Shown here: in pieces, positions 1 to 10,332 of the stretch
Layout: each line of letters opens with the position of its first letter
Position numbering within the stretch: the stretch's first letter is position 1
NCBI GenBank assembly: GCA_004764695.1
Contig: SMSO01000036.1
Location: 2,542,001 to 2,606,000 of the forward strand
Reading direction: 5' to 3'
DNA length: 64,000 bases
Source of the DNA: Schizochytrium sp. TIO01
Taxonomy: Eukaryota > Protista > Bigyra: Labyrinthulomycetes
Translations under genes and position numbers: made by a program
The notes under the pieces: generated by a model
Seen by the model: only the letters and a program-made list of their open reading frames with translations
Databases searched by the model: none
What the model was told of the DNA's origin: nothing

Positions 1-1
1 A

Positions 2-2443
2 AGTTGGTCCCGCCGAATTCTATCCCGTGATCAGTGGTATCACCAAAGTACAGGTGATATGATTATTGATCAGGTTGGCTCACAAGGTCTTTTACGCGAA
101 ATCTTCAAGCTATATCAGGATGACTGGTTTCATGTAGCCCTTACGCAGCGAACCTACATCCTTTTTCTTGGCGTCATCTGCATTTATACCATGTACTTGG
201 TTGTCTTCGCTGGCATCTACACGGCATTTCGAGATCCGTATAACACACGTTGTGCTCTCGATGTTGTGGATCCATCCGAGCTTGCGCGCCACCCGTTCCT
301 CATGTCGTTCTCATTTGCCCTTATGACTGCAGCCACAGTCGGCTACACTCTACCTGATCACCAAGAAGGCGCCTTTTGGCATGACTGCTTTGCGATGCCC
401 ACTGTGGTTTGGTGGCAAAGTTTTTTTGGAGACTTACTTAATGCACTTTTGGTCTCTCTAGTGGTAACTCGCGTGGGCCGTGCTGATCTGCGAGGTCATC
501 AAGTTGTCTTCAGTAATAAGGCTTGTATCGTCAGCCGAAATGGTAAATTTTATTTTGCATTCCAATGTTACGACCTGGACATGTCTGCACCCATTGTTGA
601 AGGCCATGTGCGCTGTTATGTGGTTCTCAACGAGACTGATGGTAATACTACTGCAAACTTCCAAACCCGCCACATGCGCCTGGTCAACCCTGATGACGCT
701 CTCGGTGCAAATCTCTTTCTTAGTATGCCATGTGTTGTAGTACATGAGATAGACCAGTGGAGTCCACTTCTGCCTCCCACCATGCGCCGAGAACATTGGC
801 AAGCTCATAATGATGGCTTCGTGCATAATCCTGCAAACCGCTACCGTTATCCTAATGTTTGTCTGCGTGAATCCGACGGAATCTCAGGTACCCGTGGGGC
901 AGCCCAGTGCCCAGTCTGCGCATGGACCTTGTACACGGACGAGCACCTGCTTCGACATGTCCGCTTTCATCAATATGTCGAGCATGCAAAGTTTGAGGAG
1001 GATTCTGATGTTGAGGAGGAGGAAGATTTATGCGAAACCCCTCTACGCCGTCGTGAGATTTGTTGGAGTCCTCGCGACAGCCTCATCAGAAGCCTTTCTG
1101 CCTCAATTGATGGCGTTGATCGCGGCGGAGCATTTCGTTTAGATGGATTTGCCTTGGGGGGCTCTAAGGGCGGCAGCTTTAATCTTCCACCCCCCCTTCT
1201 TAAACCCAACGTTGTATCATTTCGCAGTCTCAAGAAGAAAAGTAGCTCTTCTGATGACTCGGAGCTAGATGACGAAGAAGAAGAGAAAGCAGGGGCTGAT
1301 TTTGGTGCTCGTGGAGCTAGGCATTTTGATTTTCAATTAGACAATGATGATGACGATGGTCTGCCCAAGGATGGTGCCCCCCCCCCGTTGGATTTAAATA
1401 ATGACGAAGAGCCTAAACCTGCTTCGGTTGCTAAATCTCAGCAGCCTGCTGGTAAATCAATTCTGCACTCGGTCAATTTTCGCATGGATACAGAACCTAA
1501 ACGCGCTAATGCCACCACCACCAGTGACAACGACAACAACAATGACGAAAAGGCACTTCAAATCGAGCAGCAAGAGCAACAAGATAAGGCATCACAGGGC
1601 GCGTCCAAACTCCATGGGCTCTTTAATGCGCCACCAAATGATGAAATCAAGACCTCCACATCGATGCCTGCGCGTCCAGAGCGCAGTGCTGGCGGGTCTG
1701 AAAACACAGACATTAAAATCACTGCTACACAGTCCTTCAATTCTATTGATGTTGGAACAGAAACTGGACGCAAACGAGAGGATTCACGCTTCAGTGTGCA
1801 TAGTCGAAGCTCGCGCCGCCGTAGTCACAGCCACCACCATAGTAGTTCGCGTGCTAATAGTGTTCACGACAGGCTGGAAAAGGAGTATCAAGAGCAAATC
1901 CGTCGCGGTAGGTCACGCCGAATTCATCAACATAAGACAGTGAAGCTCAATTACCTGGAAAGTTCAATCGATGAACGTCTCAAGGATCTTTCTGATCTTA
2001 ATAAGCCATCAGGCCATAGTGAGCTTACTGTGGAAGCTCTCACATCGCATGATCGTGTTGTTCATAAAGAAGATGAGGTCGAGCGTCTTCGCGAAGAAGC
2101 GGAGGTACGAGAGTCTTCAGCATCAGCAAAACGTCGGCCTTCATCTTCTCTTTGCCGTACAAGCAAGTTTGTCAAAGACGTCAAGCACTCAATTCAGCAC
2201 TTTATTGAAGCTTCGGAACTAGAAATTATTGTCATTGTAGAAGGTATAGAAGCCCAGTGCTCCACAACCTTTCAATCCCGTCACTCATACACGATGGATG
2301 ATATTATGTATGACCACTGGTTTCGCGATGCTTTTGGCCCAGATGAGCGCAACCCAAGTAGAATGGTGGTCAATCTTAATCACTTTCATGACACCGTCCC
2401 ACTGGACGATCGCACCAAGATTCCTGTCCAGTCTGTGCTTTAG
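2..2443 (+). CDS. Inward-rectifier (Kir-like) channel, probably 5'-partial, with a very large cytoplasmic insertion
   Basis: The frame is open from base 2 (SWSRRILSRDQWYHQSTGDM...). TM1, pore helix and filter 'FSFALMTAATVGYT', TM2, then Kir cytoplasmic motifs 'VVFSNKACI', 'VVVHEIDQWSPL', 'ELEIIVIVEGIEAQCSTTFQSRHSY..DDI' and 'FHDTVP'. Confidence 0.85.
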   Translation, partial: SWSRRILSRDQWYHQSTGDMIIDQVGSQGLLREIFKLYQDDWFHVALTQRTYILFLGVICIYTMYLVVFAGIYTAFRDPYNTRCALDVVDPSELARHPFLMSFSFALMTAATVGYTLPDHQEGAFWHDCFAMPTVVWWQSFFGDLLNALLVSLVVTRVGRADLRGHQVVFSNKACIVSRNGKFYFAFQCYDLDMSAPIVEGHVRCYVVLNETDGNTTANFQTRHMRLVNPDDALGANLFLSMPCVVVHEIDQWSPLLPPTMRREHWQAHNDGFVHNPANRYRYPNVCLRESDGISGTRGAAQCPVCAWTLYTDEHLLRHVRFHQYVEHAKFEEDSDVEEEEDLCETPLRRREICWSPRDSLIRSLSASIDGVDRGGAFRLDGFALGGSKGGSFNLPPPLLKPNVVSFRSLKKKSSSSDDSELDDEEEEKAGADFGARGARHFDFQLDNDDDDGLPKDGAPPPLDLNNDEEPKPASVAKSQQPAGKSILHSVNFRMDTEPKRANATTTSDNDNNNDEKALQIEQQEQQDKASQGASKLHGLFNAPPNDEIKTSTSMPARPERSAGGSENTDIKITATQSFNSIDVGTETGRKREDSRFSVHSRSSRRRSHSHHHSSSRANSVHDRLEKEYQEQIRRGRSRRIHQHKTVKLNYLESSIDERLKDLSDLNKPSGHSELTVEALTSHDRVVHKEDEVERLREEAEVRESSASAKRRPSSSLCRTSKFVKDVKHSIQHFIEASELEIIVIVEGIEAQCSTTFQSRHSYTMDDIMYDHWFRDAFGPDERNPSRMVVNLNHFHDTVPLDDRTKIPVQSVL

Positions 2444-3072
2444 AACTAGTATTAATTCAAAAACAATATTTGAAATGAACATGTTTGCAACACTCGTGTT
2501 GCATATCGCCATGCCTCGTGTCATCTGCTCAATTGATTGATGTATCGTTAAAATTTAAAAAAAAAGCAAGGCATTATCTTTTAAAAGCTTGTCAAAAAGC
2601 ATTGGAAGACACCTCTTATTAATATCTCAAGTTTTCTGGATGTGTGTAAAATTTTCAATTTTAGAGTGTAAACCATATTTAGGAGAAATACTGTTTCAGT
2701 CGCCAAATCTCATTCGCGGCAGGACTCAAAGATATCTAAGACAGCAAGCCTAGGAAGGGAAAAAAAAAGAGAGCTTTTTCCTGCACCATTTTCAATCAAT
2801 CCAAGCAAAGGTTTTAAATCTTCATGATATTTATCATATGCAAGTTTTTTAATGCTCATTTTCTGTGTATCGTCTTTGATGACGATACTCCAAGAAAGAA
2901 AAAGTGGTGTGTGTCGGGTGTAAAACCAAATTGTAGTATGGATAAGTTTTTCCTGTAAACGAAATTTGGAGAGAGGATTTCGAAGGTTATACTTTTGAGC
3001 AAATACTATTGGGCGGAAAACTATATAAAAAACCAGAAACTCATGGGGTAGCCAGTTGACACCTCGGATTTC

Positions 3073-4934
3073 TTATTCCGGGGTACTTGCTCGCCGTTTT
3101 GGTGTCACCAAACGAACTAAAGGCTCACGAGGTGTTTGTGTCAACAACTTGTCACGATTTTTGGTTTGCACAGGTGTTGTCATGCTTCGACTACGAGCGC
3201 CCACATTTGACTCGGACTCTTCTTTAAGAAAAGAGGAAGTAGCTCCACGCCGCCGCCGCTTCACTTGCTGGATAATTGTTCTTACATTTTCAGAGAGAAC
3301 ACGCTGTCTTCCCTCGCCTTGAGCATTCGCAATCTTTTGTGCAGCGTGAGATGTGGTTTCATCAAAGGGAAAAATACAATCGAAAACTGAGAGTTCCTTG
3401 ACTTCTGTATCGATTGCCGAATTCTCTTGAGTATCTTTATCTCCGCCTTCCTCGCCAAAGTGTCTTACTGGCTCTTGAGCCTCTGTTTCAATCGCAGTAA
3501 CTACATGCGATGCAGAACCTGACTTGTTAAAATCAATTTCCTGCCTTTCGTCCACCGAAGGGCAAATTTGCGATTTCCTGGTTGATGATGCGTTCGAAGG
3601 AAATCCCCACGACCGCCTCATGCTACGTACCGTTGACTTACGAGCGCTACACGACTTTGGTGCGGACGACGTTGAGGCCTGCACTAAGTCAAACATAGCT
3701 CGGATCAAGGGCTCCTTAACTCGGCGGTCAATACCACAGTCAATTGAAAGTGCAGGAGCGCAATTGACCTCGAGAAGCCAAGGACGTAGTGCCTCATCCA
3801 CAAGAATATCAAAACCAAAGAGTTCAAAGCAAGAAGAACTTAACGCGCCTGGCTGCAAGGCAGTAAGGATAGTGCAGATTGCGATATCGCAAATTCTTCG
3901 CCAAAGAGTCGCGAAACGGTCCTGAATGAAATGTGCTGGGGAAGATGATGTATCAGAGAAAATATTGTTATTCTGAGGAGCATTCATCCAACGCCGCAAG
4001 GACGCAAAATCCCACTTGCATCCAGACCCAATGACATCTTTGTCGGTATTGTAAGTCTGCGATAATTTATTAATTGAGCTGTTGGTCAGATGAGAAAACA
4101 AATTGTCAATCTCTTGCATATTGTTGTCATACTTGGCGGTTCCAAAGCGCGCTAAGCCATTACGGAACACGTGAATCCGCAAAGGTTGCATACTGGTTAC
4201 AAGAACATAAACACGTAAATCTACTTTATAGCCTCCAATCGTCATTGGGTTGGGGACATAACGTTGAATAACATACTGTTGATCATAACAGAGCTCAGAA
4301 AGGTCTTTGATTAGAAAAATCTTTCGACCTCGAGAGAGATCAGCTGGCTTGCAAATCCACACAGTTTGCGAGTTTTTTTCTCCCAAGGTTTTCTGGGCCT
4401 CGTCATCCTCTGCATAGGCTTGCACAAATTTTGTATATTCTGAAGGAAGAATGAATCCTGCTGGTACAAAATCAAAAATACGACCATGCACAGCACGCAT
4501 CTTGCGCATAGCTCGGATCAAAAGATCTTTTTTGTAAGACATTTTGTATGAGGGAAATGATTAACTCGATCACCTCTTTCGTGTCCAAGTCGGAACTCAG
4601 TTGGGGTAAATCTGCAGTTTCTCCAGCAAATGACAAATGGAGAAACACTGACCTGATTTCGCTTGCGATGTGGGAGCAATTTGCTCCTATTAATACTATA
4701 ACCGGTGCTCTTCTGCTGCTGAAACTTTTTCTTTGATTGTAGCTGATGTTGCTGTGTAGACGTTTGCGAAGCACCATTTTGTGTTTCTGCCTTTTCGCTT
4801 GGTTCTGCATTCACAACCACTTGCCATTTTCTTCGCAAAGCCTCCTCACGAACTGGCAAGGGACATGTCTCAAACACACGAAGGATGCCAAGTTGCTGTT
4901 TGCCCTCAGACGTGTCCTGGACAAGAACCGACAT
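3073..4934 (-). CDS. Tubulin-tyrosine ligase-like (TTLL) polyglutamylase, split by a 1-nt frameshift near 4528-4533; start uncertain
   Basis: ORF 4518..5000 ends 'VNHFPHTKCLTKK' and ORF 3073..4542 continues 'KKDLLIRAMRKM', together forming the TTLL motif VNHFPxxxxLTKKD. Also 'WICKPADLSRGRKIF', 'KVDLRVYVLV', 'HLTNSSINK' and 'FELFGFDILVD...PWLLEVNCAP'. Confidence 0.85.
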
Positions 4935-5629
4935 GGCTGGCTGAGGCTGCACAACTGCGTTTTCTCGGAAATACAGGTCTGCTGCGCATCCAAAACTCAC
5001 TCACCGTTGTCTCCTTTCTCTATCCCTATTGACCCGGCGTAATTCCAATTACGATGCAACATTATTCACGAATATGCTTAAATTTTTAAAATAATAAGTG
5101 TTGTGTTAAACCATAGATCCGTTGAAAATGAACAAGGGACTGGGACACCCGTTTAGAGTCGCGGATTCCGGGGAGGATCCTTATTTTGCGAGGACCCTTC
5201 AAAGAAGAAGTATATTAACGAATGTGTAATTAATTAAAAAGAAGTCTAGCATGCGGATCATGCATTTTCAGCCTGAAAGATTTAGTCTGGAAAATGAATG
5301 ATTGGCTGGAGTTTGGCAAAAAGCAAAGGTTCGCTTCAAGATAGGGTCGATTGTCAGTTTTCAGTAACATCGGGAGAGGCGAGCTGATGTTGATCAGGGA
5401 ACCGTTTATTAGACCTCTGCTGAGTTTTTTTTCATTCTTGTGATACAATTCAGACTTGATAAATTATGAAACCTTTGGTTGGTGCAATTGTTGTGATTTG
5501 TTTGAAGACTTAGAATTAAAATTTGATGTTTGAAAAACGGATGTTAGGAGAAACGAATCAGGCAGGAAGATGTGCTTCATGAAAGTGCAAAGACTTGTGA
5601 GGTTTGAAATTTACGAGGTCCGACTATCT

Positions 5630-7605
5630 TTAGTTAGAGAGATCCATTGCGTCATCGTTTGATGAAGATGTGGTAGTCGCTTGTTCAGTTTCCGCAGGGG
5701 CGGAGGCAGGGGCAGATGATGTAGAGGCAGACAATTCTGCTGTTGAGGTTTCTGTTGTTGAGGCAGCAGGTGCAGGCTTGGGAACTTCAGTAGACACTGA
5801 TGCTGGTGCTTGTGAGGACGGGGCAGGAGGAGGAGGAGGTGGGGGTGGAGGCGTCGTATTAGCCTCAGGTTTTGCATCATTCGAAGCCAACTTGGGAGCA
5901 CCATTAGCTTCTGGTGCTATCGAGGGGGCAGCAGTCGCATCCTTTGGAGCATCTGTTACTGGAGCTGTTGTCTCAGAAGCAGCACTAGGAGCGTTCGATG
6001 ACGCTGGGGTCGTTTGTGATGTCGTGGCAGACAGTTCCGAGGTTTTTGATTCGGTTGTTGCAGAATTTGCAGCTTGGGCAGCGGTGGCAACAGGGGCCTC
6101 CTCTTTGATAGCCTCTGGTACGGAGGTGTTGGCAGTGTTGGCGTTGTTTAATGTCGCAGATGCATCTCCTGTTGTAGTAGACGGATCATTCGCAGGAGTA
6201 GGAGCTGTACCCACAGAACCTGTAGACGTAGCTAAAGATTCCGGAGCTGCTGTTTCAGGGGAAGATGTTGGCGCCATTGATTTTTCCGCAGGGGTGGCAG
6301 ATGCATCAGCCGGGGCACTAGCAGGTTTCTCAGCAACATTTTCTGTTGAAGGAGGTGGGGGTGGGGGCGCAGATGTAGATGCAGATGTTGCAGCGGCGCT
6401 GTTTCCCCCTGCAGGTGCAGGGGGGGGCGGGGGAGGTGCTGCTGCATCTTTCTTCTCTTCAGTACCTACAGGACCTTGTGCTTGGTCTGAGGCAGGAGCA
6501 GGTGGGGGAGGAGGTGTGGCATCCTTCTTCTCCTCAGCTGGTGCAGACGTAGGTGCAGAGGTGGAATCCGCTTCTTTGTTTTCTGCGCCAGGAGGAGGTG
6601 GTGGTGGAGGTACATCATCCACTGCCTTAGTATCACTTGCAGACTTTTCAGATTCTTTCGGTGCTACAGCACTGGCATCTACAGATGTAGGATCGTCTTT
6701 TGCTGCAGAAGAGGAATCGGTAGCAGTAGCAGCAGTAGCCGCAGAGGCGGGAGCAGGAATAGCCTCAGAAGAAGCGGAGTCTGGCTTGGCAGCAGCGGCA
6801 AGGCTCTCATTCTGTGTGGAGGTCGTGGAAGCTGCAGGATCGGCGTTTGATGCATCAGTCATATCCACATCATCCGAGGACTTTGCAGATTCTGCATTGG
6901 TTCCTTCAACATCCATCATTGCCTCATCATCTTCATCAATAACGAGAGTACGTTGCTTTTTGCGACCAAGCTTACCCTTTTTCACATTGTAGCGACCTGT
7001 TTCATGTGGAAGCACCGGTTTGGAGCTGGCTGAGGCATCGCCCAGCTGAAGCTCATTCGGATTACGCTCCTCAATAATATCTGCGACCAAAGAATCGTTT
7101 ACAAGTGCCCGGGGGGGGAGGCGGACAGCATCACTTGAAATGGGAGGGAGATCTATCTTGTTGAACGCGCGAATCTCCTCGGGCCGCAGCCCAAGACGAG
7201 GTGGAGCTTTACTCTCACGGTCGAGATCGAGCGCCACATGTACATCTCTGTCGCTGAGAGGTTCGCCAGCCTTTTGTTGCTGCGGCGCGCGGTGCAAGGT
7301 TAGTGCTTTCGCCTCATTGAGGATACTTTTCGTCGTTCCTGTCCTTGTCCAAGATTTAGATCCAGAATGATTAATCATACGAATAAATTAGATCCAGCGT
7401 CCAGCAAATTCAGTTTGTTAGTTGCGTAATTCCCCTGAAAGTGAAGATAGCCATGAAATAGATCAGATGGAAAAGGTTTGGACTTGTGCAACTTACGATA
7501 TTGATATTCGAGCAGTTGATACATGACGCGGGGGTCCCAATCTTCGATTTGGTTCTCACGCAGCAAGTGTGAGATAGGTTTGAGCGGCACAAACCGGTTC
7601 TCCAT
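5630..7605 (-). CDS. TAF9: TAF9-like TFIID histone-fold subunit with a long Ala/Pro/Ser/Thr-rich tail; exons 7605-7497 and 7338-5630
   Basis: Exon 1 'ISHLLRENQIEDWDPRVMYQLLEYQY' ends at a GTAAGT donor (7496). A CAG acceptor (7339) restores the frame to 'RTTKSILNEAKALTLH...DRDVHVAL...NKIDLPPI...VRLPP', matching the TAF9 pattern (EYEPRVINQMLEFAYRY...ILDDAK...RLPP). Confidence 0.8.
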
Positions 7606-8475
7606 GGTGCCAGATAATTCGTATGACGTCTACAAATACCGCTGCACGCTGAAGTTGTGACAGCCCTCGTCTAGGAGACAACGATGGAGTTGTGGCTCGC
7701 TGAGCTCGGCAATGAGGTTGCCTGCCACAAACAGTCAAGTTCGTAGCTCGCCAAGAGGAACAATATGGGCGAGCCGCAACCAAATAGTCGCCCGTATCTC
7801 GCACCTCTGAGCGCTTCCTTCAAGACGCGCCGACGTCACGAAAAAGGGCGAAGACCGCGAGATCGTAGTTTGGTCGCAAAGCTGTTGTTTTTAATGTATC
7901 AATTGTGCTAAAAAGGAGCGTGATACCCCTATGGTTTATGTTAGTAGGTACTATGCCGATGTCATGGTAAAAAAATTAAAATTTGAACGAGATGACGAGA
8001 GCGAGCAACAATGAATGATAGTAGCTTAAATTTTAGTAACTTCATTTCAAAGTAAGAGCCATAAATTGTTGCAACAGCAGTTGAAAGCTAGTGTAGAAGT
8101 TCACTCACACAGACCAATAAAGTAGAATGGGTTATAAAGTAGATTTCAACACCACTTTTTAATAAATTAGCTACATTCCCTAAACTTTCCAACTACTTAG
8201 AATAATGAGGAATAAATAAATCATCCGTCTAGTATGCACTGCAACCCATATGGTCACGGTGACCCGAACCTGCAAATCACAGGTTTTATCGATGGCAGCG
8301 TGTAAGAGAAAGCGTAGCGTTGACATGTTTTAAAGGTTTATAGAGAGCAAGGAGAAGGTAGCAACTCCATTTCTTCTATTGTTATTATTATAATTGGAAT
8401 ACCCAAGTATCTGCTTTCAACCTGGCAAGAACTGATACACAGATTGTTTATTTTAGCGTGTTGCAAACTCACAGA

Positions 8476-10332
8476 TCACAGCATTTCCGACATTTCAGGC
8501 TGTGGTTGTGAATCAACGTCGGTTGAGTTTGTCGTATTCGAAGCGGAAGCTTGTGAAGCGAGATCACGAACAATCTTGCGTAGACGGTGCTCCATCTTTC
8601 GTTTTTGGCCAAAACGGTACGGGACAATACAGTTTGCCTCCACCGAACCATTTGCAATTGGCAGGAAGCACGGAAAACGGCTCGAGAAGGCAATTTGACG
8701 CAACGCATCAAAGTTTCGAGCATCAGCGATGGCAAACGTCGCGTCTACATGCTCAGCAATGCCTTGGCATTCCTGCATTGCAACCTTGGAGTCATGGGAT
8801 ACGTTAACAAGTAGAAGTAACACGATACGATGGTGCCGCGAGGCTGAGGCGACAAGCGTCTCGAGGTGGGCTACGTCACGAAGGTGAATGGGTTCGGGCT
8901 TTTTCAGCTCCAGACTTTCGCGTACCTGCTCGACCTGCATACCAAGCTGCTCTTTGCGTGTAGGTCCCAGGATAAGGCGTACTGCCAGCTTCGAGACAGC
9001 CGACACGGCAATCTCCATTGGTGCTAGAAGCATCATTGTCTTGAATCCTGAGAAGAATCCTTGCCACCCTTCTGCTAAATACAGTGCTTGAGCGCTCTGG
9101 AACACATTTTGAGATGCAGGATAGAGCGTGTCGGGTGCAGATATCAGGGTACGCTCACACACTACATGCGGCGGCAAAAATGTGACAAAGGTTGCAAAGA
9201 CCGTCACCGCACCAAGTGCTGGTCCCACAAGACTATCCTCTAGCGCCTGAGCTGTGAGTAATTTATCCGTCAAGTACGACATAAATACAGACACGGCCTG
9301 CGTTGCAACATATGCTGAGAACCCATTATATGTTCTCCATCCGAGCGCTCTAATGCTGCTTTCTATCGGTTGTCCCAGTGCTACAAGCCTAGCGAACGCT
9401 ACCTTCGCAGGATACAACACCACGAGGCGCCTTACTTGGCGTTCCAAGCAAAGTGCTGCACGCCACCACGCGTTGCCGTTGGTCCAGAGAGACTTCGGCC
9501 CAGGGCACAGTTGGTGTTCTCCATGATAAGATAAATGATCTCCAATATATGACTGCGAGTCTTCGCGAGATTTTTGAGGTCCGTGCGAAGGTCCTTTGTG
9601 GGCGTGAGTAGAGGTATCGTGCTCCCACGGGTAGAAGGGTGGGACGAGGGCGGAAATGAGGCTTGTCGCCATGCAGAGTGGTACAGCCTGCATGAAGAGA
9701 GCGTGGTGCCACGGAGATTGAGGCCAATCCGGACAACGGGGTGCCGCCGAGGAGCGGATTCCGAGCATTGCGCGGGTCTCTAGGACCTCGACAGGAGCGT
9801 TTGCAGCAGCGGCGAGGAGAGTATTGAGCAGACGGCGGGCTCGAGAGAGAAACCAAGATTCTCTTCGTTTGGCACGGCTGACGGAGTCGAGGAAACGATT
9901 TACAACAACGACTTTGCGATACGCCTCTCGCCAGCGCGTGCGAGCTCGACGGGAACGACGCCGCAATTTGAGCTCAGGAGCATCGGTGGAGAAGAGGTCC
10001 TCGTCGCTGGGACCCTGCTCGGTAACGCTTCTGGCATCGAGGTCGGAGTCGTCGAGGTCTGAGTGCACGTACCCGCGCGAAAGGTCTTGGCCGAGTCGGC
10101 GCTCTCCCTCTCCATCTTCGTCGTGCTCGCGAGCATCCACGGAGTCCGAGTCTGATTCCGAGTCCGATTCGCCATCGGAGGTGTCCACGCCAAAGAGGCG
10201 CGAGCTGAAGCGCCTGCCTAGCCGCTTGAACTCTGTAAAGCCCATCTTTGCATCGCAGATACGTCTCGCCTCGCGAGCTTTTGAGACTTCTGCTGTTTCC
10301 TCGCTCTTGAATCGATTTCTCTCATTTGTCAT
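8476..10332 (-). CDS. Degenerate mitochondrial-carrier (SLC25)-like membrane protein with a C-terminal thioredoxin-like domain
   Basis: 618-aa ORF. Carrier-like signature 'LPPHVVCERT...LYLAEGWQGFFSG', hydrophobic helices and an acidic N-terminus. The C-terminal ~110 aa resemble a Trx fold ('RIVLLLLV...TFAIADA...RFPCFLPIANG') without CxxC. Confidence 0.5.
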   Translation of the reverse strand: MTNERNRFKSEETAEVSKAREARRICDAKMGFTEFKRLGRRFSSRLFGVDTSDGESDSESDSDSVDAREHDEDGEGERRLGQDLSRGYVHSDLDDSDLDARSVTEQGPSDEDLFSTDAPELKLRRRSRRARTRWREAYRKVVVVNRFLDSVSRAKRRESWFLSRARRLLNTLLAAAANAPVEVLETRAMLGIRSSAAPRCPDWPQSPWHHALFMQAVPLCMATSLISALVPPFYPWEHDTSTHAHKGPSHGPQKSREDSQSYIGDHLSYHGEHQLCPGPKSLWTNGNAWWRAALCLERQVRRLVVLYPAKVAFARLVALGQPIESSIRALGWRTYNGFSAYVATQAVSVFMSYLTDKLLTAQALEDSLVGPALGAVTVFATFVTFLPPHVVCERTLISAPDTLYPASQNVFQSAQALYLAEGWQGFFSGFKTMMLLAPMEIAVSAVSKLAVRLILGPTRKEQLGMQVEQVRESLELKKPEPIHLRDVAHLETLVASASRHHRIVLLLLVNVSHDSKVAMQECQGIAEHVDATFAIADARNFDALRQIAFSSRFPCFLPIANGSVEANCIVPYRFGQKRKMEHRLRKIVRDLASQASASNTTNSTDVDSQPQPEMSEML

